A stretch of 64,000 nt of DNA from Neocallimastix sp. 'constans' (GCA_050613775.1 JBODTK010000127.1:310001-374000), one strand, 5' to 3'. Shown: positions 14,391 to 29,150, numbered from the stretch's first letter. Numbers and translations are program-made. The notes: generated by a model from the sequence alone, not told the origin.

Positions 14391-15737
14391 TTTAATTTAT
14401 AAAATTAATACTTTAATATAATATTATAAAAAAATACTAATTATAAACCTATTTATATATTTATTTTTTTTTTTAATTATTCAATTATGTAATTACATAT
14501 GTAATTCTGTTGATAATATAAACAAGGTATTAATTAATAATAATTAATAATATTTAAAATAAAATAAAAAAAATATAATTATTATTTTATATATGTAGTA
14601 ATTATATATATATATATATTTTTTTTTATTTAATTTTCTAAATAAAAATTTTTTAGTCATAATATACGTTTGTCTTAATTATTTTTATTATCATTTAAAA
14701 TTTTATTTATTCATTTATAATTTATTTATTCATTTATTTATTTATTACATTATAATACGCCATGTTTTCCGAAATGCGCTACAACAAAATACAAATCTAT
14801 GTAAAAAAAATTTTCGAAATGACACACACCCCATTTCACCGGGGAGTGTGCATTTCGAAAATTTTTATTACATAGATTTGTATTTTGTTGTATGGCTTAA
14901 ATATTTTTAATTTTAAGCCACTTAATTTTATTAAAAATTTAATGAATAATAATTAATTAATTAAATAAATAAAATTACAATTCTCAAAAATTTTCAAACA
15001 CGTAATCTTACGTGGGGCGTAGATCTAATTGTAACATAATTTTGTGGCTTTTTTCTACAATTTTTAAAAAGCCATATATTCACAATATGGCGTGAATAAT
15101 AAATGTGGTGATATTTTATGACGAAAATTAATAAGCCACCTAGAATTTGGCGAAATTCAACTGGACGAAATTCAACTTTTGGCGAAATACAACACTTCAA
15201 TAAATAATAATTAGGTTAGGTATTTCTATTTAACATTGAAAAATAAAATAAAAATAAATAAACATTTTATTTTTTAATGCTTAAAAAATAAAAAAAAAAA
15301 AAAAAAATAAGAAATAAGAAAACTTCTTTTTTAAACATTAAAAAAAAAAAAAATAAAAAAAATAAAATAAAATAAAAAATAAAAAATAAAAATAAAAATA
15401 AAAAGTAAAAATAAAATAAATAAATAAATAAAATAGTAAATAAAGAAATAATAAATAATTAATAATTAAATAATTATTTAAATAATTATATAATTAATTA
15501 AAAAAAGGTTTATTATTTTAAATATTAAAAATAAAAATAAAAAGTAAAAATAAAAATAAATAAATAAAATAGTAAATAAAGAAATAATAAATAATTAATA
15601 ATTAAATAATTATTTAAATAATTATATAATTAATTAAAAAAAGGTTTATTATTTTAAATATTAAAAAAAAAAAAAAAGTTCCAAAGCATTTAAAAGTATA
15701 TTTATTAAAATATTTTATTGAAAAATTTTAATTATTA

Positions 15738-17177
15738 ATGGAAGACAATATAGAAATTGAAATAAGTGAAACAAATCGAGGAAATGAACAAATTATTATT
15801 AATAAAAAACACAAATTTAATTTTTCATTTCAAAGGAAAGATAAATCAAAAATTTATAGATGAACTGAATATAAGACTTTAAATAGATGTAAATCTTTAA
15901 TTATTTTAAATGATAAAAAGGAGGTTTTAAAATATGAAAGTTTACATAACCATCTCGAAAAAGAAATTGATGTGTCTATATCAGTAGCAGAGCATAAAAT
16001 TAAGGAAGAAATTAAGAAAAATTCAATTCCTATGAATATAAAACCTAAACATATATTTAATGCTGTTTCTCAAGAAATGGGACTTATATGTCCCGAATAT
16101 AGTACAATTAGATCCCAAATAATAAGAAATATAAATAAACAATTTCCTCCAAACATAAAAAGTTTTGATGATATTCCCATTGAATCAGAATATTATAAAA
16201 CGAAAAGAAATGAAAATTTTATGATATTTAAAAATACTGATCTAATAATCTTTCAATCACCATTCCAAGCATATTTATTTTCGAATTATCATAAAAATAT
16301 ATTTGCAGACGGTACATTTTATGCAGCACCGAAATTTAGTTATCGGTTATTTATAACAAGAACTTATGTTGGGGAATTTAATATGTTTTACACTACTTCC
16401 ATTTCTATATTAAAAAATAAAAAACAATCTACATATGAAGCATTATTTAAAGAAATAAAAAAAAATGCAAATAAATTTAGGAGTAATACATTAATTACTA
16501 CAATTAATTTTCATTGTGATTTTGAACAAGGTATATCTAATGCCGCAAAAAAAGTTTTTCCCAATATAAATATTAAATATTGTGTTTGGCATTACAAAAG
16601 ATCATTAGAAAAACAAAAAAATATATTATGTTATCATGAAGTGAAGAATAATAATGATGTATATATTTATTATAAAGCTATTTCGAACTTACCGTTTATA
16701 AACCCTAACTATATATTTGATATTTATATTATAATAAAAAGAATTTGTCAAAAAAAAAAGTATAATAATTTACTGCAATTTTTAGAATATTTTAATAAAA
16801 ATTATTTACTTAAGTATAATGTTAATAATTGGAATTATTATGAAAATATAGAGTATTTAACAAACAATGCATCAGAATCTTATAATAGCTACTTAAATAA
16901 TATATTTCCAAATAAACCTTTATTTTATAAATTAATATATATATTAAAAGAAGAAGAAAACTTATCTTATAATGATTATCAAAGGAGAACTAAAGGAAAT
17001 TGGAAAAAAAAAAAGCAAAAAATATTTAGTGCAACTGATGAAATTAAAATTTTAATTGAAAATTACAAAAGTAAGGAAATAAATTTATTTTATAATGGAT
17101 GCAACAGAAATGAATTAATTAAATTATGGAAAGAATGTTTAATTGATTTAAACGATATAAATATTAATTTAAAATAA
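15738..17177 (+). pseudogene. MULE DDE transposase with N-terminal FLYWCH/WRKY-like zinc finger (479 codons, one premature stop)
   Basis: ATG 15738 is in frame with the 401-aa ORF. TGA at 15861 is TGC (Cys) in copy C. Motifs: C..C..HNH, FADGTF (D), CDFE (D), CVWH, TNNASESYN (E). Confidence 0.92.
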
Positions 17178-17929
17178 ATAATCTTAATTTAAAAAAATGC
17201 TAGATAAATAAAAATTTATTTATTTTAAATTTATATTTATAATCGTTTAAATAATAATTAAATAATCTTAATTTAAAAAAATGCTAGAAAAATACAAATT
17301 TATTTACCTATTGTGTTTATTTAATAATCTTAATAGAAATTATCTTTTAGTTATTTTTATTAAGTAATTTATAACTAAAACCGATTTATTTGATACTAGT
17401 TAAAATTTTATTAATATCAATATCAATATTATATAATTATAAATTTTATTAATATCAATATCAATATTATATTATTATAAATTTTATTAATATCAATATA
17501 CTTTTCAAAATTAATTATGTTATTAAAAGTATTAAATTCAATAAAAGATTTTTATTATTTTATTAAAATTATTATTGTTATTATTATATTTTAATAATAA
17601 TTGATTCATATTGATCAAACATTATAAATATTACTATGCAAATAATTAATTATTTTAATAGGATCAATTATTCAACTCTTATTGTTTTAATTCTTAATTC
17701 TTATATCATTTAAATTAATATATATATATCGTTTATGAAAATATGAATTATAAATAATAAAAATTATTTACTTTTCATTTAAATTTTTTTATTTACTATA
17801 ATAAAATATAATAATTAAAAGACAAACGTTATTATAACTAAATTTTTTTTTTTAGAAAAATAAATGAAAAAAAATTAAAATATATAAGATTCCTATATAT
17901 ATAAAATAATTATTATATTATATTTTTTT

Positions 17930-18325
17930 TTTTTTATTTTATTTATTTTATTTTATTTTATTTTATTTTATTTTATTTTATTTTATTTTATTTTATTTTA
18001 TTTTATTTTATTTTATTTTATTTTATTTTATTTTATTTTATTTTATTTTATTTTATTTTATTTTATTTTATTTTATTTTATTTTATTTTATTTTATTTTA
18101 TTTTATTCAATTTGTACTTTCTTATTTAATATTCTACTTTTTATTTTATTTTATTTTATTTTATTTTATTTTATTCAATCTGTACTTATATTTATGTTTC
18201 TACTATTTATTTTATTTTATTTTATTTTATTTTATTTTATTTTATTCAATCTGTACTTATATTTATGTTTCTACTATTTATTTTATTTTATTTTATTTCA
18301 TTTTATTTTATTTTATTCAATCTGT
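17930..18325. repeat. (TTTTA)n expansion with interspersed TTCAATCTGTACTT units
   Basis: Directly visible; occupies the position of the cargo gene in MULE copy B. Confidence 0.9.
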
Positions 18326-19412
18326 ATTTTCTGTTGATAATATAAACAAGGTATTAATGTATTAATAATAATAATATTTAAAATAAAATAAAAAAAATAT
18401 AATTATTTTATATATGTAGTAATTATATATATATATATTTATTTAATTTTCTAAAAAAAATTTTTTTAGTCATAATAAACGTTTGTCTTAATTATTTTTA
18501 TTATTATTTAAAAATTTATTTATTCATTTATTTATTTATTACATTATAATACGCCATGTTTTCCGAAATGCACTACAACAAAAACAAATTTATGTAATAA
18601 AAATTTTCGAAATGACACACCCCCATTTCACCAATTTTTTGAATGTATATGGCGTATTAAAAATGATGTATTACACCAATTGAAAACTAATATTGATGTA
18701 TTTTTTTTTAAAGTAAATATTTAAATTTTTTTTTTTTTTTTAAAAATATTAAAATATATCTTTATAATTAAATATTATAATTATTTTATATTTAATTTAA
18801 AAATATTAAAATATATTCTTATAGTTAAATATATTTTTTAATTAAATATGATAAATAATTATTTATAATATTTTTTTATTACTATTTTACAAAATATTAA
18901 AAATATATTATTTTTAAAAATAGTATTAAAAAATATTGATTATTAAATAAATATTATAAAATGTTTTAAAACATACTTTTTGAATTTTATTTATTTATTT
19001 ATTCATTCATTTATATCAATACGCCACTTGGCGAAATGCAACTCTCCTCCTTTTTGACAATTATGAAATTGCCAGAATAAAATGTTTTAGATAATTTCTT
19101 AATAGCTTTGCTAACAAAAAGACTGAATAATTATCTATAATGAATAATTAAATTTATATAATAATAATAAGTAAATAATAATTAAATATAAATAAAAAAT
19201 AATTAGATATATGATTTGATTTAAATAATAAATAATTATGAAAATATTTTATAATAAAAAAAAAAAAAAAAAGTTGTATAATTAATACTAATTTATTCAG
19301 AATAATTAATATTAATTAAATAAATAATTAAATATTAATAGTAAATAATTAAATAAATATTTTACTTTTTAAATATTAAAAAATAAATATATTACTAAAA
19401 ATATTTTATAAT

Positions 19413-19595
19413 TAAGACTTTCAATAAATGTAAATCTTTCATTATTTTAAACGATAAGAAAGGAATTTTAAAAAATGAAAGCTCACATAATCATCTTTAT
19501 AAAGAATTTGATGCATCTATATTAATAGTAAAATAAAAATTAAAGATGAAATAAAAAAAGTTTAATTCCTTTGGGTATAAAACCTATACATATTT
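19413..19595 (+). pseudogene. Older, diverged fragment of the MULE transposase N-terminus
   Basis: KTFNKCKSFIILNDKKGILKNESSHNHLYKEFD aligns with KTLNRCKSLIILNDKKEVLKYESLHNHLEKEID of copy B. Confidence 0.8.
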
Positions 19596-20558
19596 CTATA
19601 ACAAAAAATGTATTATAAAAATAATACTTATTATTACAATTTACTAGTAATTCGTAATATTTATCATAAACATGGCAGTATCTTTTCAAAATAACTTCTC
19701 ATTAACAAATATTTAAATATGTTATCAATAGTTAATATATTACAAAAAATAACAATAATAATAATATAAAAAAAAAACACTTAATATCATTTTTAAAAAC
19801 GGATCATAAATATAAATCATTTTAAAAATAATAAAAATTTATAAAATTTAAATTTGTATTATTGTCAATAATTTATTAATTTTTAATTTCATATTTTTTT
19901 ACTATAATATATATATAGTTCCAAACATCTTATATATATATATATATATATTTATATTTCTTAAAATATCGATGACTTATACTAGTGATCACAAAATTTA
20001 AATTGTTTTTTCTTTTTTTCAGAAAAAAAAAAAAAAAAACATGTTTTGCAACCGTGGAGAACCATCATTTTGTTATCCTAGCCTAATTTGTAGTAACTAC
20101 ATATAAGGACTGAAAATGCCCTAATTTCTTCCCAAAGGATCCAATTAAGGCCTTATACATATAAATAACATTAAACTAGTTCTGATTCTAAATTTTTAAA
20201 ATATAATGATAAATAATATTATTTAAGATAACTGAAAATTTATTATTATTTAAAAATTTTCTTGAGTTAAATTATTATTATATGATTGGTCAAAATTAAA
20301 ACTATAGATAAAATATATATTATATATTAAATATTATTTTTATTTATATTATGATAAAAAGAAAAAAAAAAATTAAAATAAATTAAATAATAGATTTTGA
20401 ACATAAAATAATAATAAAAATAAAAAATTTATACATATTTACAAAATATTAAAAATAATTATTTTTTTTATATAACTTTTCTTCTTTTTATTTAATTTTT
20501 ATTTTTTTTTAATGTTAATAAATTTGATTAAATTGTAAATTCTATTATCATTATATCA

Positions 20559-23500
20559 TTATATATTATTTATAGCACCAAGAGAATATAAAAGATTTCT
20601 TTTTGAGAAATGAACTGTATATATTGGTGTTTTTTTTGTTGGATAGGTACCTAGTAAGTCGTTTTTACTATTATTAAATGATATATTTATAATTTATTAA
20701 TATTTTATTAAAAATTTTATATTTAAGTTTTATATTATTATATAATTAGATAAATTAAAGTATAGAATATTTATATATATTATAAATATATATCAATACT
20801 AACATATTAGATTTTAATTTTTCTTTACTAGTCAAAATTGATTTATGGATAGTATTATTCAATTGAGAAGGTGAATTAGGACCATCAATATCCATATTAT
20901 CTGAATCACCATTTGACATTAAATTGGAAGAAGCTTGTTCTATAATATCTAACTCATTAATATCATCCTTTTTAACATCCCAAATTCTTACAGTATTATC
21001 TGATGAACCAGAAGCAAGAATATTTCCTTCTTGACTAAATGACAGTGAATTAATTGTATTTTCATGACCATATAAACTTTTTATTTTTCTTCCTGAACCT
21101 ATATCCCATATATTAATTATTTTATCATCACCTCAATAATTTTGAAATTGTTATTGTTATAAATATTATTATAATTATTGTTATTATCATTGATATTAGT
21201 ATTATTATAATTATTGTTATTGTCATTGATATTAGTGTTATTATAATTATTATTATTGTTATAATTTTTGTTGTTATTATTATAATTATTATTATTGTTA
21301 TTATTTTTGTTATTATTATCATAATTATTATTATTGTAATTATTTTTGTTATTATTATTATAATTATTATTATTGTTATTATTTTTGTTGTTATTATTAT
21401 AGTTATAATTAATTATAACAAATTATAATTTTATGGAGTAGTATTTAAAGAAAAAAACATTTTAATAAAAAATTATATCATTAATATATTTTAAATCTAA
21501 AAAGTACATATATATATCAATGATATATATTTAATTATTTATAATTTAATTAAATAAAATATATACCACTTGTTGCTAGTGTTTTTCCATCAGGTGTTAT
21601 GGCCAAAGCATAAATTGATCCTAAATGACCCTTAAATATTCTTATACATGTGCCTTTTTGAATATCCCACAACCTTGCAGTACAATCACTACCGCCAGTA
21701 ACAATATAATTGGAATTTGGATGAAATTTAATAGACTAAAATAAAAAAAAAAAAAAATTACAACCATAAATAAATTAAAATTAACATCAAAATAAAAATT
21801 TAAAAATAAAAATTTATTTTATTTTATTTTAATTTAAATTAATTTAGTTTTGTTTAGTTTAGTTTTTATAAATATTAATAATATTAATAATTTACATCAA
21901 CATCTGAAAAATGACCAACAAATATTCTTAATGGATATATATGGTCACAACTCCACAATCTAGCTGTTCTATCATGTGACGCTGTAGCAAAATAAAAACC
22001 TTCTGGAGAAAAATCAACATCCCATACAGGATAATTATGTCCTTTATAGCATACAACATTTGAAAATGTATCCAAACTCCATAAACGAACTTTTTTAATA
22101 TTATAATTATTATTAGTATGAAAAAAACAATAATAACAATAATTAAATTATCATAAGAAAATATTATATAATTTGAAGAAACTTAATATTTGTTTAAATT
22201 TAATAATTACCAGTTTTATCTTCAGATACTGAAACTAAATATTTATTATCCGGACTAAAGCAAGTACTATAAATAGGCCCTGAATGTGCAATTAGTTTTT
22301 TACATTGAGATCCAACAGGTTCCCTAAAACGATCTAAATCTATTCAAAATTACATATCAACAATTAATAAATATAATACAATAATAATTATAATAATAAT
22401 AATAACATACTATCAACATTTCCATTAATATTTCTTGGTTTTGTTATTCCTCTTAAATTCTTTCCTGTAATTGACCATACGCGTATAAATGAATCTGAAA
22501 AACCACCACATATCATAGTTTCATCATTATTAATACTTATACAATTTAAACTAAAAATAAAAAATGAAATAAAAATAATAAATTAATTATAACATTAATA
22601 ATTAATTAATTTAAAATAAAAAATTACCCATGATGAGTATTATGAAAAGTATAACAGCAAATTGAAGGAAGTTTGTTATTATCTAATTTTGCTCTTTTAC
22701 TAATATCTTTCAAATTTTTTATATCTGCTGATATATCTATTAATTTTCTTTATAAATTAACAAAAATTAAAAACAAAAATTAAAAAATTAATAATTATAA
22801 TAAATAAATATTATATACTTTTAAAATAATAATATTTTATTATTTATTAATACCTTGAAGGAAGTGGTACTTGATCTTTTGGTAATGGATCTTCATTTAA
22901 TTTTTCTTGAATTCCCTTAAATATTTCTAATAATTGTTCACTATTTTCAGTTTTCTAAAATAATATATATATATTAATTTTATTATCTTTTATATAATTT
23001 ATAATTTACACTAATAATAATTTTAATTTATCGTTCAAAAGAAAAAAAATAATAATAATAATAATAATAAAAATACAATATAATATAATATAATAAAAAA
23101 TTTAAAAAAAAAAAGATAATGATAATAATATTATTATTATTACTAAAGCATTAACTATACATACTTCATCTTTAATTCTATGTTCTATTTCTTCAATTTC
23201 AAATAAATCATAAGGTCTTTTACCCAAATGAATTTCTTGCTTATTAAATGCTTCAATTTGTGATTCTTGATGACCTATTATACCAATACCATCATCTATA
23301 TCAGATTGTTGCAAAGCTTTTGGTGAAACTCGTATACTTAAATATTGATTTGTGATTTGTAATAAGATAGAATAAGAACTATTTTGTAAATATGCTAAAA
23401 ATAATGAATATGAAGCAGAACTGAGTTTCACTAAATATTTGTTTTTTAAAAAAGTTTGGGCTAATATATTTTCTTTAACATGCATTGGATCAGATAAACT

Positions 23501-24695
23501 CGATAACCGCTGTATATCTTGTATATGTTGCTCTCGATGATCAATTGAATATTTTTCCATAAATTGTTTAGCTATTTTGAATTAAAATATAAAAATTTAA
23601 TGTATATTGTAAATAAATTTCATAAGTAACTTTAAATTAATTATATAAATATATTAAATAATCCCAAAATTATTAAATTTTAATCTGAAATTTCATTTTA
23701 ATTCATTAAAAACAACTTCTATAAATTATACATTAAATTATACATATTTATATATATACCTCTTTGTGTTTTTCCTTTTGAAACTAAATCTAAGTAAGAA
23801 TATATAAAAATTGGATATAAAATTGAACGAAGTTCAAACTATATTTTTTTTTTTTTTAATTATATATTGATTTTTTTGAATTTTAATTATAAATTGATTT
23901 TAAAATTTCAATAATTAATGATGAATTTAATTTAAAATACAATTTTGATAAATTTAAATTTTACAAATTTTAAATAAAACTAATTATTACTCTATACATA
24001 TCAATAGAACCCTCAATCCAAGATCTCAATTTAGAATATCCTTCTTCATATAAATTTTCATCTTTTTCAGTATTTAATGTATTTGCTATTATATAATTAC
24101 TCGAACTCTCAGTATTTGATTGTATTGATGGAGTTACTGAAGCATCTATAGTATTATTCATTGTCGTTGTAGTTGCTGTAACTACTGATGAAGTTTTTGT
24201 AGATGTTGAAGTAGTTGGCTCATTATGCTTTAAATCTTCCATGAATGCTTTTTCCGCATTTTTATATCCTTTTTTTCTTAAATATTTTAAAATTGTTTGT
24301 TCTACATCTTCACTTTCTGAACTACTTTCTGAATTTATGGAAGAATCATTTTGGGATCTCTGTAATTCAATAGAATTTTGATTTTGGTTTTCATTTTGAC
24401 TTTGATTTTGATTTTGGCTTTGACCTTGATCTTGATTATGATTTGAAATTTGATTCTGATTTTGATTTTCTAATTGTTTTTCATTTTGATGACTCTGATT
24501 TTTTGTCTGATTTTCTAAGGGCGTCTGAGTTTGGGTTGGAGTTGAAGTTTCTTGTGTTTGAGTTTGAATCTGATTTTCAGTCTGATTTTGAATTTCTAAT
24601 GAATTTTGCGATGACGGTTGAAGTCGCTGTGAGCTTGAATTAGTTAATGATATAGGAGTTGAAGTTTGTGATACTTTTGGTTTGTTTTCCGTCAT
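20559..24695 (-). CDS. TAF5: TFIID subunit 5 (LisH, NTD2, WD40 repeats), multi-exon
   Basis: LisH ([14 protein letters not shown]), [62 protein letters not shown]-terminal [19 protein letters not shown]; stop at 20559-20561. Confidence 0.95.
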
Positions 24696-26308
24696 TTAAA
24701 AATTATTTAAATAATTTTATTATCTATCAATTAAATTTATTTTTTTCAATAATTGTATCTCCACACAATAAAATATTTTGGTATACTGATTTTTTTTTTT
24801 TTTTTTTTTTAATTGACAAAAAAAATATTATTAATAACAATGAATAGATCTTGATATAAATTTACTTATTAAATATTATGGTATATAATTATAATCAAAA
24901 TAATTTAATTAAAAACATTTATAATTAATATTAAATAAGAAAATAAAAAAAATAGAATAATTATTTAAAAAAAAAAAAAAAAAAAAAGTGTAATTTTTTA
25001 TTTAATATAATAAATTATTAAATTAATAAAAAGGATCATTAATCAAAAATTGTAAATAAATAATAACATTTTTTATATATTAATAAACTTTTCATCTTAA
25101 TCTTTTCTTTTTTTAGTATTAATATACTCGTTCTTTATTCTTATACATTAATACTCCATATATCAAAAAAAAAAAAATAATAATAATAATTAAATTTTTA
25201 ATAATACTGTTGTAATTATTTAATCATAATTTATATTATTGATTTTTGACCATACATATGGTTCAAAATTTAATAATAAATATTAGATTCATTATAAAGG
25301 ATTAATTATTTTAACTTTTAAATACCTATATATTTTTTATAAATTGATATGTTTTCTATAAATATATAAATAAAACATACCAGAAGTATTTAAAGAATAC
25401 GAATATATTTATATATTTACCATCTGTTCTTATAAATATATTCATAATCGAATTAATTAAAAAAAAAAAAAACTTGTAATAAAATATTTTCAAAAAAAAA
25501 ATAAAAATTTTATACATGTTTTTTCAATACATTAAAGAAATTAATTTTAAACATTTTATTGATATTTTAATTATTTTATTATTTTATTTATTAAAAAAAA
25601 TATTTTAAAAAAAAAATTTAATTTTAATCTTTTTTTTATTTGTTTTTTTTTTTTAGTTTTTTTTTATGATGTAATTTATATAAAAATTGAATATTAAATA
25701 TCATTTTTTATTATATAATATTATATATTGTAAATTTGATAATACTTATTATCTAATATATTTAATATCTATTATTACTTGTATTAATATTCATACTATA
25801 GTATTATTATTAACATTTTAAATATTTATATATTTTATCAAAAATGTATAAGAAATAACTAATTTTATTTTTAAATTGTATAATGAAATAATGAAAGAAA
25901 TAAGATAATAATAAATAAATAAATAAATAATGAATAATAAACACAATGATAATAAATAAATCATCATCATAATCGAATGTGATGCCAAATTTTACATTTC
26001 ATTGTGATATATTATATGAACGTTTCATTTCAAAAAAAAAAAAAAAAAAAAATAAATAAAATAAAAAAAAATAAAATAAAAAATAAATATATAAATAAAT
26101 AAATAAATAAAAATAGAAGAATAATGATAAAATAAAATTTTTTATATAATAAATAAAATATTTTCACAAAATAGGTATATTTATAGTTATCCGTTTAAAT
26201 AAATAATTAATTAAATATATAAATAATAATATATGAACAATAATAATAATTTGTTAATAGTAAAAAATTTAATCAAAAAAAAAAAAAAATAAAAAAAAAA
26301 AAAAATAA

Positions 26309-26346
<38 letters not shown>

Positions 26347-28579
26347 TAATAATAATAATAATTACTAAAGATTAAAGCATTAATCAATATTGAATTAAAT
26401 TAGTTTAAAAATCTTTAAAATTTAATATTATTAAATATTTATTCTATTACAATTATTACAAAAATATTATTACAAAAATATTAAAGTATATATTTTAAAT
26501 TAAATATTATTAAATAATTATTCTATTACAATTATTACAAAAATATTAAAGTATATATTTTAAATTAAATATTATTAAATAAGTGTTATTCTGTTAAATA
26601 GAGAAAAATTTTAAGTGAGTTATCGTAAAAGATTTCTCGGTTTGAATTAAATTGGTCAGGTAAAGATGTTTTAATATTAGTTATAACAATTAATTAAAAT
26701 TAAAATAATTTATGACTCTCAAGCTTTTATAATTAAGAAATTCAATATTTAAATTTTATGTTTTATTGATAGTTAACGAAATAATTAAATAATACATTTA
26801 ATATTAATATATTCAATACATATTTATTGACTATATAAAATATAATAATAAAATAGTATGGATAAGAATCTTTTAATAAAATAACTATACAATTATTAAT
26901 AAAATAATTTAATAATAAAATAATATAAAAATAAAATGAATATATTAAAACTAATTAAAAATCTCTTTTGGAATTCTTTAAAATTATAAAGAATTCCTTA
27001 GAATCTTTTAGAAATTACTGAATTACCTTATTTTATAATAATTTATCTAAACTCTTTAAGTTAATTAAAGTATTATAAATTATTACTAATTACTAATTAT
27101 GTATAATTTAATTATTAATATTTCTTTATAAATAATTTATTAATACACAATTCAAGTTAAATTATCTATATAAATTATTAATTAATTATTTAGGTTCTAT
27201 TTAAAATAATAAAATTATTTTTATATATTTGAAATTCTTTTAAAATCCAACATCTTATGTTCTAGTGGTGGTCTAATTGAATTGAAATTAATATATGTTA
27301 TAGATCTCGGTCGTAACTTTCGGGAGTGGGGCTTTTCGCCAAAGTTTTTGAAAGCATATAGTGTATAAAAAAATGTTACATTTCGCCAAATTAAAAATTA
27401 TTAAATAAATGAATAAAATAAATAAAATAAAATATTATTAATATTGATGTATTTATATAATATTTAAATATTAAAAAAAGATTTTTTTCATTTATAAATA
27501 TCTTTATAAATATCTGTTTAAATAAATAAATAATAATAAATAATTGTTAAATAAAAAAAAAAAAAAATAATATCATTAATAATAATGACGATTAAAATTA
27601 TAAATATTAATATTATTATTTATAAATATATATATATTAATGAATTAATAAAAATAATATTTAACCACTTAAAAAAGGAAAGTGTTAGATATGATTTCAT
27701 TGATTATGGTTGAAACGCTTAAATGATTTAAATATTAAAATTATTGATTAAATAATAAATTATTAAGAAATAACAGAAAATTGACCAAATGAATTCTGTC
27801 ATATATAATAATAATATTTTAATAGAAAAATTATTGTAAAAAGAGAACAAATGAATAAATACAATAATGATTAAAGAATTTTTAATATTTATTTGATTAG
27901 GTTATCTTAAGAATATTAAAATATATTTTTATGATAAAATATTATTATTTTAAAAATATATTCTTATAATTTAAATATTGTTATTATAATATTATTTTTT
28001 ATAAAATATTAAAATATATTTTTATAATAAATTATATTTAATAATTAATTATAAAAATATAATAAAAATAAGTTTAAAAAAATTATTTTAAATTATTAAA
28101 TATATAACAAAATATTATAATAAATATAATAACACTCAAAAAAAACAAAAATTATTTTATTTTTTATTTATTTTTTTTCTTTTATTATAATTATTTTATT
28201 AATTATATTTATTATAATACTATAAGCCGCAAGGGTTGATATAGTATTAATATTAAAAAAAGTTTTATTAAAAAATTAAGTTTTATTAACTAAACAAAAT
28301 TAAAATAAAAAACACAAAGAAAAGAATATTTGTTAATAAGAATTTTACTCATATTTATATTTTTTTTCAAAAGTTAAAGTTATTAAAAAATAAAAATAAA
28401 AGTTTCTAAAAAGTTCTTAGAAATCGAAAAATTTAGAAAAAATAGAAAACAATAGAATTAAGAATTTAATAGAATAAATTTTAATTAATTAAACACAAGA
28501 ATTATCAAGAAATTCTAGTAATTTCTTGAACTATAAAGAATCTTCTAGATATTTTTTAGAATAAAACTATAAAATAATA

Positions 28580-28648
28580 ATAAATGTGAATCGAACCCTA
28601 AGTAGTTTGATTCATGGTATTAGTTACTAACAACTATACCAGAAATAA
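28580..28648 (-). promoter_or_regulatory. tRNA-derived Pol III A/B-box module (not a functional tRNA)
   Basis: Minus strand TGGTATAGTTG (28641-28631) and GGTTCGATTC (28597-28588) are 44 nt apart, i.e. tRNA positions 8 and 52. No convincing cloverleaf. Confidence 0.6.
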
Positions 28649-28663
28649 TATTTTTTAAATTTA

Positions 28664-29150
28664 TGATAAGAATGTACTAAATAATGCATTCTTAATTAAA
28701 TCTACGATTTATTTCTAATACATTATGTGTACATTATTATTTTTGTACTTTAATAAATTTTTAAATCCAAAGATCAAAAATTAAATCAAAAATTATATTA
28801 AACTTTATATTTTTATATTAAATCTTATATTAATAGTAATATTTTTATATATTTAAAACTTATATTAGCAATATTAATAATAAATCTTACTTTTTTTATT
28901 TTTATATTAATAATGAAAATTTGTATTAATAATATTTTTATATATTGATAATTAAAAATTTATATATTATATTTTAACTTTTATTATAAAATTTTATATC
29001 GAAATGTTTTATTTTATATTGACAAATATTTTATTTTATTAAAAACCTTTATATTAGAATAGTATTTTTATTTTTATTTGAATATTTTAACAGATTGTAA
29101 TAAAAATTTTAGCCAATTAAATAAATTCTTATTAGTAATATTTTAGATAG

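Larger units (their letters stand above)
12057..14831 (+). mobile_element. MULE copy A (internally deleted)
   Basis: TIRs GGGGAGTGTGCATTTCGAAAATTTTT ... AAAATTTTCGAAATGACACACACCC, flanked by CATTTCACC on both sides; colinear with copies B and C. Confidence 0.92.
14841..18623 (+). mobile_element. MULE copy B (near-complete transposase, cargo gene lost)
   Basis: Same TIRs as copy A; CATTTCACC at 14832-14840 and 18624-18632. Confidence 0.93.
12031..19047. mobile_element. MULE-related MITE split by two MULE insertions (own sequence ~12031-12056 and 18624-19047)
   Basis: Left part TGCATTTCACC|AA, right end TTGGCGAAATGCAACTCTCC, similar to the ends at 44465-44484 and 45236-45254. Left boundary uncertain. 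Confidence 0.55.

Noticed and set aside
14994..15200. 68-aa ORF in the MULE left end (also 11927-12172)
   Set aside because: Overlaps subterminal CGAAAT(T/A)CAAC repeats; non-ATG start and no recognisable motif.
21128..21322. Ile/Thr-rich ORF
   Set aside because: Degenerate ATT-type repeat in a TAF5 intron.
28580..28648. Functional tRNA gene
   Set aside because: A and B boxes are present but acceptor, anticodon and T stems do not pair convincingly.
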